A DNA stretch of 64,000 nucleotides from Candidatus Hydrogenedentota bacterium (GTDB lineage Bacteria > Hydrogenedentota > Hydrogenedentia > Hydrogenedentales > CAITNO01): assembly GCA_012730105.1 (NCBI GenBank), contig JAAYBJ010000284.1, positions 7,872 through 71,871 on the forward strand. Reading direction: 5' to 3'. The position numbers and the translations under genes were made by a program. Numbering within the stretch: position 1 is the stretch's first letter; each line of letters begins with the position of its first letter. This document shows, one piece after another, positions 1-10,370 of this stretch. A model generated the notes under the pieces. It saw only the letters and a list, made by a program, of their open reading frames with translations, ran no database searches and was not told the origin of the DNA.

Positions 1-73
1 ACCGGTGTCGGGATGATCGTACTGCAGAACACGGGATGGGCAAGCATGTGCAGGACAAAACGACCCTGTGTTC

Positions 74-1036
74 TTATGGGTCGGTTTTGCTGTATCTCCT
101 GTAGGCCTCCGCCACGTTTTTAACAAATTCCGGTTTGTCTTTGGGCAGGCAGTACATAACAACGCCGGAAGCGAGGCCGTTTTTCGTGGCTTCCAATCCG
201 ATCTCCAGGCATTGCTTGATATAGGCCGGGGTTGGTTCGTCCGGGGACTGGGAATGCTTGGTCCCATAGACCATGACCACGAGAGGCATCTTTTGCGTCA
301 GGCCGCCCATTGTCGTGCGTTCGTTTAGCCATTCCCGGTAGGTGGTGATCTGCGGCAGCAGGAGAGACGTGTCCGACAGATTTTTGTGCGGATAGAAATA
401 GGGGAAAATAACGCCGTCAATGACGCCCGCCTCGACATGGGGGGCGATCGTTTCCTGGTATCCATAATAGCATACCACCAGGAAGGCCAGTTGTGGGGTG
501 ATCTTGTGGGCTTCTCCCATCATTTGCTTGCAGTAGGCGGGTGTGAACTTGCTGACATTGCCGTTAAAGTCATCTATACAGAGGCCTTTTATAACGGGGT
601 ACTGTTGCGCCAACCGGGCGCACTCAACGGCCCACTTGATATAATCGTCGCCGAAAGGTTCGGGGACGCCCTCCGACGGCGGAGTCAGGTACAACCACAG
701 GCCGACACCCGCCTTTTGGAATTCCGGGGCCATGCGCTGGAAATCTTGCCATGCCTTAGGGTAGTGCTTTTCCTGCCACACCAGGTGCATGTAGTCTTTC
801 GCGCCCATTTCCTGCAGCACCGTCAGCAGGCGGTTAATATCCGTGTTTTCCTCCGGAGTGCGCACGCCGACATTGACATAGTCGCCCACAAGCGGTGTAA
901 GTGCGGGTACCTCTGGCCCGGTGAAGCCAGCCGCTTGTGGCTTAGATGCGGCGGGCGTTGCCTCCACCTGTTCCGCATGACAGCACAAGGTTGAAAGTGC
1001 GGACAACAGGACACAAGTCGCTATCAGTGCTTTCAT
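74..1036 (-). CDS. Secreted hypothetical protein, probable glycoside-hydrolase-like TIM barrel
   Basis: ORF with RBS AAGGAG before MKALIATCVLLSALSTLCCHA (signal peptide). Motifs WLYLTPPSE, CIDDFNGN and DGVIFPY suggest a (beta/alpha)8 carbohydrate-active fold. Confidence 0.6.
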   Translation of the reverse strand: MKALIATCVLLSALSTLCCHAEQVEATPAASKPQAAGFTGPEVPALTPLVGDYVNVGVRTPEENTDINRLLTVLQEMGAKDYMHLVWQEKHYPKAWQDFQRMAPEFQKAGVGLWLYLTPPSEGVPEPFGDDYIKWAVECARLAQQYPVIKGLCIDDFNGNVSKFTPAYCKQMMGEAHKITPQLAFLVVCYYGYQETIAPHVEAGVIDGVIFPYFYPHKNLSDTSLLLPQITTYREWLNERTTMGGLTQKMPLVVMVYGTKHSQSPDEPTPAYIKQCLEIGLEATKNGLASGVVMYCLPKDKPEFVKNVAEAYRRYSKTDP

Positions 1037-1136
1037 TGCATAATCTCCTTTGATTTTCAAAGTCTATGCTTCCCTTTTCCATAATGTCAATCAACAAAGG
1101 GGCAACTGACTGGTAAAAGAACGGAAAAGAATGGGA

Positions 1137-1189
1137 GGCAGACATTCCTGTCTGCCCATATTCTGCCGGACAGACTGGAAGGTCTGACC
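1137..1189. repeat. REP-like palindrome doublet
   Basis: Perfect hairpin GGCAGACA-TTCC-TGTCTGCC (1137-1156) followed by a degenerate partner GGACAGAC-TGGAAG-GTCTGACC (1168-1189), in an intergenic gap. Confidence 0.6.
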
Positions 1190-1203
1190 TGCGTTTTACC
1201 CTG

Positions 1204-4200
1204 TTACTCCATTAAGTCGTGTTGGGCTTCCGGTGGGATGACATAGTGTTCCGGGGGCTGCAGGGTGACACGGACCCGAATGGGAGAAACGATACCGCCC
1301 GGTGCGCTGAAACGGGCCGTATAGTCGCCTTTAGCGAGTACCGTAGCGGGGGCGTCATTTTCGCTCAACACCGGTTCCGAAAATTCCGGGCCATAACGGC
1401 GCGACGCTTCCCCTGGCCAGAAGAACCCGTATTGTCCCGCTGTCAACGGACCTTTCCACACCAGAACATGCCCGTCAATTTCCACCTGCGGATTCTCCAG
1501 GAGCTGTTCGTCTACCGAGGCCAGGGCTTTCACGTCATCAATGGCGCAGGAGACGGTGGTATTGGCGGGCAATCCATTGTAATAGAAATTCAGCACACGG
1601 ACCAGGCTGTAATCGATTGGATCCGTTTCTGGTCGCGGGATCTGATGGTAGCGCCAGCCTTCATAGTCATTGGTGATGTAGAAGTCCGTGGCCTTCACGC
1701 CGTCCAGCATCTGCAGTTTGAACAGACCGCCCTTGCCGTCGCCCTTGAGCCAAAAACCGATGGCCTGGTGGGCGGACAGATTCAGCGGCGGGTTGAAACT
1801 TTTGCCGAACACGGACCAGCCTGTGTTGGCGTCAAGCGTGTTTTCGGCGGTGTAGACGGCGCAGCGGCCGCCTGCCCTGGCATCCGTTTCGCTGATGCGG
1901 ATATGGTGCGCCACACCCGCAAGCGTGGATCCCGCCATCCCGTTCGCGGCGTCCAGAACCGGCTCGATCTCTCCCGGAACTTTCAAATACGGCGCGAGCG
2001 TATCAAAACTTTCCAGCGTGACCGCCTCGGCCGCATGGTAGGCCGGACCTGCTTCCAGCCAGGGCCCGGGTTGCACATGGAACTGAACACCTACCGCCGC
2101 CGGGCCGTCCGTAACCCGGACCGGCCAGGAACACGCGGCTGTTTCCGTGCCGGTAATCTCATGCCACGGCCCGTAAGCTACCCGCTGAAACACATCGTTT
2201 CCATCCTTCTTTACCAGGCGGTATTCGCGGCGCATATCGAGCAGGCTGGCGCGTTTCTCCGGCGTTTTTACACCGCCCAGCGCGGGATCGACGCGAAGCA
2301 GCGCGCGCATGGTTTCCGGTACGCGCCCCGACAGGCGCAGCCGTTCATAGCGGGAAATCAGATCCAGGATTTCACCGGTGAAGGGATGTTTGGAAGCGGC
2401 GTCCAGCGACACCTGGAACGACATGGAGGAATCGTAGCCGATGGTTGCGCCTAGAATGTACTCGTACATGTCCGGGGTGCAGCTGGTGTCATAGCCGTAA
2501 TACCAGCCGATGTCCAGGGGCATGCCGTTGCGTTTCATGCCGTCAAATGCGGGGGAGCGCTCATCGAGGTACCCCTTGAGATCGCCGTGACCGTCCGCGG
2601 ACGCGCTTCGCGCAAGGATGTGCCAGGAGTAGTGGCTGTAACTGCTGGCCTGGATCAGGATATCTTTGCGGGCGAGTTTGTCAAAGAAGGCCTTGTGCAG
2701 CCGGGGATTGTAATACCAGTGTTCCCCCTGGAGCCGCTCCGAACCGTCGAAATAGATCATGTCGATGTCGCAGGCGTTGGCAACCCGGGCGAAATTGGAG
2801 GACACTTCGTCCATAAGCGTCGTATCCATGTCGAAAAGAAAATAGCCGTAGGAGCGTTTCAGATGGCGCACCGGCCGCCCCTTTTCATGGGCGGTGGCCC
2901 TGGTGCCGAGAATGCCTCGTTGGCACTGCAGGAATCCGAAACGGGTATCCAGGGACCGCGCCCCGTAGGAGATCAGTTCATCGCCTAGCTGCACCACGGT
3001 GCCGTCGCCCAAATAGCCGCCGTCCTCGGCGGGGAAATCAGTGGGTGCGGCTGCCGTAAGCAACATGCCCGTATTTTCATTTACGTCCGCCGCGAGAAGG
3101 GCCGAGGCGTCACGGACCAGGCGCGGATCGGGTACGGGGGTAAGGTAGGGATCAGGTGGATAGATGGACGGGCCCAGGAAATGAAGGCCGGCGTGAAATC
3201 CTTCCTCCTGAAAGCGCCGGAACGTGCGTGCGAGTGACTTCAGGCCGTCGGGAAAATGATCGGTGTTGATCTCGTAGTGGCCCGTGGCCTTTGCCCAGGA
3301 TTCCTGGCCCATGAGAATCATGTCGAACCCGCCGCGCCGGGCCAGTGCGAGCACGGGTTCCATCTGGGATTCCTTGAAACGGGTGATGAACAGGTAGGAG
3401 CGCTTGATCCCCGGCGACCGTTTGTTCCATATCCCTCCCGGCCTGGGGGAGGGCAGGCCCGCGGCCGCTTCGAAGCGTTCCATGACCTCCATGAACGATT
3501 CGCGCGGGGCGGCGAGAATCCCAAATCGGGCGGGTTGCAGGCCGTATGTGGCAAGGGTTTCCAGCGCCAGCACTTTGCCCGGATCGGCCCAATAGGCGGA
3601 ACCGGGTTCGAAATCCTCGAGCAGCACCGCCTCCTCAACGCCGTTACGTTCCACCACCGCCTCAATATGATCAACGATGCAGGTCACGGTTTCATGGGCC
3701 GGGATGCCGTTGTAATAGATATTAAGGCCGGTGACGCGTTCCGGATGCAGCGTGTCGTAGGGGGCTTCCTCAACAGTGACGTGTCTCCAGCCTGTGAAGG
3801 TAATGGGGATATAGGTGTCCCGGCAGCCGCCTCGGTCGTCGGCGGGCTGGATTTTCAATTGTTCACCCTTGCCGTCGCCATGCACCCACGCGCGAATAGA
3901 TTTCAGTCCGCTCAGGTCGAGGGCGTGGGGGAGTTGCCGGGTGGACACGGACCATCCACCGGGTTCGGCGGCATTGTGCGCCGTAAAAATGGTCGCGCCC
4001 TGTCCCGCCTTGGCCTGATCGGTTAGTGTCATGGTGTGGGTGCATCCGGAGCGGTCGGATTCATGGCGCGCGAGGCTGCGCATGAGCGGGTGGATGTTGG
4101 GCTCCGCCGCCGACAGCGAGACGGTGTGCGAGGCCGTGCTGCCGGCATTGAGCGTGCCCAGTATCTCCGCGTCACCGGGCAGTGCCAGGGAAAACAGGCG

Positions 4201-4560
4201 CAGTTTTTCCGGTGGCACCGAGAATTCCAGCCGGGTCAACTCAAACAAGGCGAAGCCGTCGCCGGGTAGAACGTCATACGCGCACAGTCCGCCTCCGGGG
4301 AACGTGGCGGTCAGGCGGTCCGATTCAAGGTGGACCAATTCCGGAACCAGTCGGTCCTCACCAACAACAACCTCCAGAATGGGTTCCGCGCATGCAGGGA
4401 AGACGTCCTGTCCCTCGGGGACTTCCATCGTCGCATATCCCTTTTCGTCAATCTTCAGGACGGCGGTTCCCAGGTTGAATACCGTTTCTGCCCAGGCGAC
4501 TGTCTGTACTGTGGACACCACTAACACCGGGAGACAATAATATAAGCGATGACGATTCAT
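1204..4560 (-). CDS. Large secreted putative glycoside hydrolase with two CBM11/CIA30-like beta-sandwich modules
   Basis: 1118 aa with signal peptide. Internal repeat WVHGDGKGEQLKIQ...LNIYYNGIP / WLKGDGKGGLFKLQ...LNFYYNGLP. Central FPDGLKSL and IYFDGSE motifs resemble clan GH-D barrels. Confidence 0.6.
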   Translation of the reverse strand: MNRHRLYYCLPVLVVSTVQTVAWAETVFNLGTAVLKIDEKGYATMEVPEGQDVFPACAEPILEVVVGEDRLVPELVHLESDRLTATFPGGGLCAYDVLPGDGFALFELTRLEFSVPPEKLRLFSLALPGDAEILGTLNAGSTASHTVSLSAAEPNIHPLMRSLARHESDRSGCTHTMTLTDQAKAGQGATIFTAHNAAEPGGWSVSTRQLPHALDLSGLKSIRAWVHGDGKGEQLKIQPADDRGGCRDTYIPITFTGWRHVTVEEAPYDTLHPERVTGLNIYYNGIPAHETVTCIVDHIEAVVERNGVEEAVLLEDFEPGSAYWADPGKVLALETLATYGLQPARFGILAAPRESFMEVMERFEAAAGLPSPRPGGIWNKRSPGIKRSYLFITRFKESQMEPVLALARRGGFDMILMGQESWAKATGHYEINTDHFPDGLKSLARTFRRFQEEGFHAGLHFLGPSIYPPDPYLTPVPDPRLVRDASALLAADVNENTGMLLTAAAPTDFPAEDGGYLGDGTVVQLGDELISYGARSLDTRFGFLQCQRGILGTRATAHEKGRPVRHLKRSYGYFLFDMDTTLMDEVSSNFARVANACDIDMIYFDGSERLQGEHWYYNPRLHKAFFDKLARKDILIQASSYSHYSWHILARSASADGHGDLKGYLDERSPAFDGMKRNGMPLDIGWYYGYDTSCTPDMYEYILGATIGYDSSMSFQVSLDAASKHPFTGEILDLISRYERLRLSGRVPETMRALLRVDPALGGVKTPEKRASLLDMRREYRLVKKDGNDVFQRVAYGPWHEITGTETAACSWPVRVTDGPAAVGVQFHVQPGPWLEAGPAYHAAEAVTLESFDTLAPYLKVPGEIEPVLDAANGMAGSTLAGVAHHIRISETDARAGGRCAVYTAENTLDANTGWSVFGKSFNPPLNLSAHQAIGFWLKGDGKGGLFKLQMLDGVKATDFYITNDYEGWRYHQIPRPETDPIDYSLVRVLNFYYNGLPANTTVSCAIDDVKALASVDEQLLENPQVEIDGHVLVWKGPLTAGQYGFFWPGEASRRYGPEFSEPVLSENDAPATVLAKGDYTARFSAPGGIVSPIRVRVTLQPPEHYVIPPEAQHDLME

Positions 4561-4756
4561 AACGATTCCTTTAACGAAGTATTCAAATCATTGTTGTTTC
4601 ATAGGCTATTCTAAATCAAACACAAACAGAACAGGGAAAATGTGCGGGAACTAGTATGGTATTGGCTGAATGGCCGTCTCTTTTGCTATGATTTATCCAA
4701 GGGTGCGATGGGGGGCAACGTAAACACACCGATCACCCCATAGAAAGGAATATCCA

Positions 4757-5515
4757 ATGAACACATCGCAGATCTTGCAGGACTTAGTCAGCATGTCCCA
4801 TTACCTTGGCGACGAGCGCCGGGGGTATGCCATACTGGGAGAAGGGAACACCTCCGCCCGGATAGACGGGGACAGCCTCTATATAAAAGCATCCGGAACC
4901 TGTCTTGGCACGATGACTGAAAAGGATTTTCTTCCGGTATCCATTTCCCGGGTAACCCGCATTCTGGACGCGAAGGATGCCACTGACGCGGATGTGAAGG
5001 AAGCGCTACGCGGCTCCCTGATCGATTCCGGCGAAGTTCGCATGCCCTCCGTGGAAACCATGATGCACGCCCTGCTGTATGCCTACCCGGAATATTGTTT
5101 TATTGGACACACCCATCCGGTGGCTACAAACGGCATCCTGTGCTCCGTAAACGCCGAAGCGGCTTTTTCAGGACGCTTGTGTCCTGATCATATTGTTGTT
5201 ATGGGCCGCGCAACCGTATTTGTGCCCTATGTGGATCCCGGGCTGGTACTGGCCAGAGAAGTGCGTGACCGGGTGCGGTCCTTTGTTGAACGGGAAAATG
5301 AGCTTCCCAAGGCTATCGCACTGCAGAATCACGGGCTTTTCGCCCTGGGCCCGACGGCCAAAGCGGTGACGAACATTACTGACATGGCGGAAAAGATGTC
5401 CCATGTCTTGATCGGCGTTTACAGCGCGGGCGGTCCCCAGTTTATGACGCCCGCCGACATAGACCGCATCGCCACGCGCCCGGATGAAAAGTACCGTCAG
5501 GACAAAATCGGCTGA
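4757..5515 (+). CDS. Class II aldolase/adducin family protein (rhamnulose/fuculose-1-phosphate aldolase-like)
   Basis: Motifs GEGNTSAR, IKASG, PSVETMMH, HTHP, LQNHGL. RBS AAAGGA. Confidence 0.85.
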   Translation: MNTSQILQDLVSMSHYLGDERRGYAILGEGNTSARIDGDSLYIKASGTCLGTMTEKDFLPVSISRVTRILDAKDATDADVKEALRGSLIDSGEVRMPSVETMMHALLYAYPEYCFIGHTHPVATNGILCSVNAEAAFSGRLCPDHIVVMGRATVFVPYVDPGLVLAREVRDRVRSFVERENELPKAIALQNHGLFALGPTAKAVTNITDMAEKMSHVLIGVYSAGGPQFMTPADIDRIATRPDEKYRQDKIG

Positions 5516-5579
5516 GTAGAAAACATATCCATTACTCCAGGGAGCGAACACAACGCTCAAGACACAGAAGGTAATCCTA

Positions 5580-7193
5580 ATGAGCAAGATCGATACATTT
5601 AAAGAGGCGAATAAAGCACTTCCTGAAACCTATAGGGCTTGGCAGGTATTTGGCGCCGGGCTAGAAAACGTGGGGAAGGACGGCAAGCCGGTGTCCGTGC
5701 CGCTGCGTCCTCCCGCGCGCAACGAGGTGCTGCTTCGTGTGGACGCGCTGGGATTGTGTCTTTCCGACATGAAAATTATCGCGCAAGGCGGCAATCATCC
5801 GCGCCTGCGCGGCCGTGATCTGCAAAACGACCCGACGGTCCTGGGCCACGAATGCGCCGCGACGATTGTCGCCGTCGGCCATGATTGGAAGAACCAGTTT
5901 CAACCCGGCCAGCGCTTCATTGTTCAGGCCGACATCTACTACAAGGGTGTGGGCTACGCTTTTGGGTACATGATTCCCGGCGGCCTGGCGGAATATGCCT
6001 ACTTCGACGAGCGCGGACTTGCCGGGGACGAAGGCTGCTACCTGCTCCCGGTACAGGAAGGGACCGGCTATAGCGAAGCCGCGCTGAGCGAACCCTGGGC
6101 GTGTGTCGAAATGTCCTACGCCCTGGAAGACCGCGTGGAACCGACCGGCAAGAAACAGTTGATCGTAACGAAAGACTGCAGCGCCTGCAAAGAGCGTTTT
6201 CCGGGAGCGACCTTTGTCTCCCCGGCCCTGGAGGGCGTGGGGGAGGAGACCTATGACGACATCATCATCGCGAACCCGACGCCTGCGCTGGTGGAAACCC
6301 TGGGAGCGCGTTTAAACCCCAACGGGGTTATGTTCCTGGTCGGCGAACCCGCCGAAACCGGTGATGCCATGATTGACGTGGGCGCCGTTCATTACCAGAA
6401 CAAACGGTACCTCGGCGGCGGTGACACCCTGGACAAGATAGCGGAAGTCAACCGGCGTCAAGATTTGCTTCCAGGCGGAACGGGGCTTTTTATCGGCGCC
6501 GGCGGGCCCATGGGTCAAATGCACGTACAACGCGCCATTGAAAAGCAGAACGGGCTGGGTTGCGTGGTGGTGACCGATCTGGACCGGAAACGCCTGGACC
6601 ATATCGAAAACCGTTTTGGCACGCTTGCGCGTTCCCGCAATGTACAACTCATTACACTGGCCCCTACGGATTTCGATAGTCAGGAAGCCATGAACGCACG
6701 CATCGTTGAACTTGGCGGTCCGGATGGTTATTCAGACGTGGTCGTGCTTGCCCCGGTTCCCGCGCTGGTGCGGCAAGGGGCCGGCCTGGCGGCGCGAAAT
6801 GGCTTCGTCAACCTCTTCGCCGGACTGGCAACAGGCACTAAAGCGCCCGTTCCCATCGAACAACTTTGCCGCGGCGTCAAGATGATCGGGTGCAGCGGCA
6901 GCCGTATCAGTGACTTGAGGGCCGTTCTTGCCATGGTTGAGGGCAAGGCACTGGAAAGCAACCGTAGCGTGGCGGCCATCGGGGGGCTTGATGCCGCCCA
7001 CCTCGGACTAAAATCTGTGAAGGAGGCTTCCTATCCGGGCAAAATCATTATCTACACCCAGGTGCCTTCCTTTCCCTTGACCCCGCTCGAGAAACTGGCA
7101 GAAACAGAACCAGACATTGCCGCCCACCTGAGCGAAGATGGTTCTTGGACCAACGAGACGGAACGTGCTTTCCTGGAAAAGTACCTGCCGTAG
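5580..7193 (+). CDS. Zn-dependent alcohol/polyol dehydrogenase, L-sorbose-1-phosphate reductase-like, extended
   Basis: GLCLSDMK, LGHE and EPWAC catalytic Zn motifs; GAGGPMG Rossmann motif; lacks the 4-Cys structural Zn site. Confidence 0.8.
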   Translation: MSKIDTFKEANKALPETYRAWQVFGAGLENVGKDGKPVSVPLRPPARNEVLLRVDALGLCLSDMKIIAQGGNHPRLRGRDLQNDPTVLGHECAATIVAVGHDWKNQFQPGQRFIVQADIYYKGVGYAFGYMIPGGLAEYAYFDERGLAGDEGCYLLPVQEGTGYSEAALSEPWACVEMSYALEDRVEPTGKKQLIVTKDCSACKERFPGATFVSPALEGVGEETYDDIIIANPTPALVETLGARLNPNGVMFLVGEPAETGDAMIDVGAVHYQNKRYLGGGDTLDKIAEVNRRQDLLPGGTGLFIGAGGPMGQMHVQRAIEKQNGLGCVVVTDLDRKRLDHIENRFGTLARSRNVQLITLAPTDFDSQEAMNARIVELGGPDGYSDVVVLAPVPALVRQGAGLAARNGFVNLFAGLATGTKAPVPIEQLCRGVKMIGCSGSRISDLRAVLAMVEGKALESNRSVAAIGGLDAAHLGLKSVKEASYPGKIIIYTQVPSFPLTPLEKLAETEPDIAAHLSEDGSWTNETERAFLEKYLP

Positions 7194-7220
7194 GGAAGAG
7201 AAAGGAGCCCGGGTGACGCG

Positions 7221-10200
7221 TTAATTCGAGACGTGCGCACCGCCCCTCCGGGTAAGCCACTGAAGCAACCGTTTGAAATCGTTGATGATCACATACATGG
7301 ACGGTATAATAAAAAGCACGATAAAGGTGGCAAAGAGAATACCATATCCCAGAGACAAGGCCATGGGTATCAGGAAACGTGCCTGCCGCGAGGTCTCGAA
7401 GATCATGGGGGCCAAGCCGCCGAAAGTCGTCAAGGTGGTCAAAAGCATCGGGCGAAAGCGCTGCACGGCTGAACTGTAGATGGCCATAAACGGATCCATG
7501 CCCTGTTCCCGTTGATTGGCGTTTGCGAAATTGATCATCACCAGTGAATCGTTCACCACCACCCCGGACAGGGCGACAATACCGAAGATACTGGGAATGC
7601 AAAGGTCGTATCCCATGAGCAGGTGTCCCCAGAAGGCACCAACAATGCCAAAGGGGATGCTCAACATGACGATAAAGGGCTGCAGATAGCTGCGAAACGG
7701 AATGGCAAGCATGGCATAAATGGCCAATAAGGCCATCGTAAATGTAATACGCAAACTACCGAAACTTTTTCTGATATCGGACTGATGCCCTTCAAAAGAG
7801 TAGCTTAGCCCGGGATAATCCCGGGTATACCGGGGTAAGATAGTCTGTTCAATCGCGGAGAGCACTTCCCCAGCGCGGCTTCTGGGGACGACATCGGCGG
7901 ATACCTGCACAACGCGTCTTCCATTCCTTCTGTTTATGGTGGTGTAGGCTCTGCCCCGGTCGAACTTGGCAATTTCCCGGAATGGCACAAACACGCCGGA
8001 CGGGGTGCGTAGCATCAGATCCTCAATCATCTGTTCAGAGGCACGGTCTTTTTTGGGCAGCCGTACCATGACTTTAATTTCATTTCTGCCCCGTTGTTGA
8101 CGCAACACCTCGGCGCCATACAGCGCGTGCCTCACCTGCCGGGCAACTTCACGGGCGGTCAGGCCGAGGCTTTTCCCTTCGGCTTTCAACGTAAAATCAA
8201 TTTGATTTTTTCCTGGCTCAAATCCATCGTCCACATCTTCAACGCCGGCGAAGGAAGCAATATCCTGGGCCAACTCCGCGCTCACCTTTTCCAGGATATC
8301 CATATCCAAATGCGTTATTTCAACCGTGACAGGACGCCCCCGTCCGCCGGGCCCACCCGAGTCCGCCGCGAAGCGCATGGTGTCTATACCGGAAAGTTCG
8401 CCCACCTCCGCACGCCACAGCTGGGTAAATTCGGAGGTACTCATGATATTTTTACGGATATCCGGTTCAATCAATTGAGCCCTTACCCTCCCGACATGAC
8501 CGCCCCCTAGTCCGATATCGGTAACCACGGCGGTGACTAACTCGGGATGACCTGCATCTTCCGCAACTTTCCTGGCGGCATCTTCAATGATTTTAACAAG
8601 CGCCTCTGTGCGCGAGACGGGCGCGCCATAGGGGAGTGCGATCTGCGCGTCCGCATAATCGGATTCCATGACCGGGAACAGTTGAAATCCCATTCTGCCG
8701 CTGAAGGCATACGCCAGGGTCGTGATCAGCAACGTCAAAGAAAAGGCCATCGTCACATAGCGGTATCGAACCGCCATCTTTACGACAGGCCCGTATTGAT
8801 GGTGGACCCACCAGGTAAATCCTCGACTGAAGGCCTGCTGCCATCCATGCAGTACTTTCAGGAGTCCTTTCAACTGACGGTCATGGTGGTGCCCCAAATG
8901 CCCGGGCAGGACAAACATGCATTCGATCAAGGATATTGTAAATGTTATGCATACCACCACGGGGATCATCTGAAACATTTTGCCTGTGGTGCCCGGAATG
9001 AAATAGATGGGGATAAACGCCGCTATGTTCGTGAGGATGCTGAACACAACCGATACGGCCACCTCACGTGCGCCGGCAATGGCGGCGTCCAAAAACTTCA
9101 TCCCCTGCTGATGATAAGAATAGATGTTTTCACCGACTACGATGGCATCGTCCACCACGATGCCCAGCGCAATAATATACGCGAAAAGAGACATCATATT
9201 AATGGTCACGTCAAAAAACGGCAGAAAAAGAAAGGAGCCCATAAAGGAAATGGGCACGCCCATCATGACCCAAAAGGCCAAACGCGCCTCCAGGAAGAGC
9301 CCGAGCAAGCCCAGTACGAGCACCAAGCCTATGGCGCCGTTCTTAAGCAACATGCCAAAACGCTGACGATAGGTCTCTGAGCGGTCATCATAGACATCGG
9401 TCATGACTCCGGGCGGCAAATAGGCCTGAAATTCCTCCAGTCGGGCCAGCGCGCCATCGGAAACCTGCATCGGGGTTTCCTTGCCAATACGGTATACCTC
9501 AATCATTACAGCGTTCTTGCCGTTATACCTCGAAAATCGGTCTGTATCGGCAAAACTGTCATCAATATCGGCGATATCACGCAACAGGACTTTGCTGCCG
9601 CTTTCCGTGTTGATTATCGGCAGTTCGGCGAATTGCTTACCGTAATCCCGTCTTTCCTTAAGTCGAACGAGGATTTCACCACCCTCTGTTTTCATGCCCC
9701 CGGCAGGAATATCGGCGGCGCTTTCGGTCAACTTTTGCGCCAGCATGCCCAGGGTCAGCCCATATCGGCGCAATTCATCCTGGTGCGGCTCAATACTGAT
9801 TTCAAGCGGGGGGAGGCCCTCAATATCAGCCTGGGTAACGTCGGGTGACTGGACGACAAACTCGCGGAGCCGCTCCGCCAGGGCATGCAGGCTTGTATTG
9901 GGCACATCGCCATACAGGACAATACTAAGGACCTCACGACGCCACTGGGTAATACGGGTTTCAGGTTCTTCCGCCTCCTCGGGAAAGGTAATGATACGGT
10001 CGACCTCGCTGGTAATTTCCTGGGCAAGCCTGAATACGTTGGCGCCGAGCAGCAATTCAATGGTAACGGTGCCCATTCCTTCCCGGGCTTCCGAAATGAC
10101 TTCGTCCACCCCCTCCAAATTACGCACGGCTTCTTCAATGGAAAGGAGGATTGAACTTTCCACTTCTTCAGGACTGGCCCCCGGATAAGCCACGGAGACG

Positions 10201-10370
10201 GTAACGGTATCAAGGGATACATCGGGGAACACTTCCTGGGTAATGTTCCGAAGCGAAAGAAAACCACCGACCAGACAGGCCAACATGATCAGGTTGGCCG
10301 CCACGCCGTGACCTGCCATCCAGGCAATCGGCCCGCGGGTATTCCCGGAATGCTTGTCCGGGCTGCTCAT
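7221..10370 (-). CDS. RND efflux transporter permease (AcrB/AcrD/AcrF family)
   Basis: 1049 aa; GIVVDDAIVVGENI, GVVVNDSLV and RFRPMLLTTLTT motifs. Confidence 0.95.
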   Translation of the reverse strand: MSSPDKHSGNTRGPIAWMAGHGVAANLIMLACLVGGFLSLRNITQEVFPDVSLDTVTVSVAYPGASPEEVESSILLSIEEAVRNLEGVDEVISEAREGMGTVTIELLLGANVFRLAQEITSEVDRIITFPEEAEEPETRITQWRREVLSIVLYGDVPNTSLHALAERLREFVVQSPDVTQADIEGLPPLEISIEPHQDELRRYGLTLGMLAQKLTESAADIPAGGMKTEGGEILVRLKERRDYGKQFAELPIINTESGSKVLLRDIADIDDSFADTDRFSRYNGKNAVMIEVYRIGKETPMQVSDGALARLEEFQAYLPPGVMTDVYDDRSETYRQRFGMLLKNGAIGLVLVLGLLGLFLEARLAFWVMMGVPISFMGSFLFLPFFDVTINMMSLFAYIIALGIVVDDAIVVGENIYSYHQQGMKFLDAAIAGAREVAVSVVFSILTNIAAFIPIYFIPGTTGKMFQMIPVVVCITFTISLIECMFVLPGHLGHHHDRQLKGLLKVLHGWQQAFSRGFTWWVHHQYGPVVKMAVRYRYVTMAFSLTLLITTLAYAFSGRMGFQLFPVMESDYADAQIALPYGAPVSRTEALVKIIEDAARKVAEDAGHPELVTAVVTDIGLGGGHVGRVRAQLIEPDIRKNIMSTSEFTQLWRAEVGELSGIDTMRFAADSGGPGGRGRPVTVEITHLDMDILEKVSAELAQDIASFAGVEDVDDGFEPGKNQIDFTLKAEGKSLGLTAREVARQVRHALYGAEVLRQQRGRNEIKVMVRLPKKDRASEQMIEDLMLRTPSGVFVPFREIAKFDRGRAYTTINRRNGRRVVQVSADVVPRSRAGEVLSAIEQTILPRYTRDYPGLSYSFEGHQSDIRKSFGSLRITFTMALLAIYAMLAIPFRSYLQPFIVMLSIPFGIVGAFWGHLLMGYDLCIPSIFGIVALSGVVVNDSLVMINFANANQREQGMDPFMAIYSSAVQRFRPMLLTTLTTFGGLAPMIFETSRQARFLIPMALSLGYGILFATFIVLFIIPSMYVIINDFKRLLQWLTRRGGAHVSN

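Noticed and set aside
1219..2454. 411-aa plus-strand ORF and similar long antisense ORFs (e.g. 16650-17840, 18132-19055, 48877-49761)
   Set aside because: They are shadows of well-supported genes on the opposite strand in GC-rich DNA and have no recognisable motifs.
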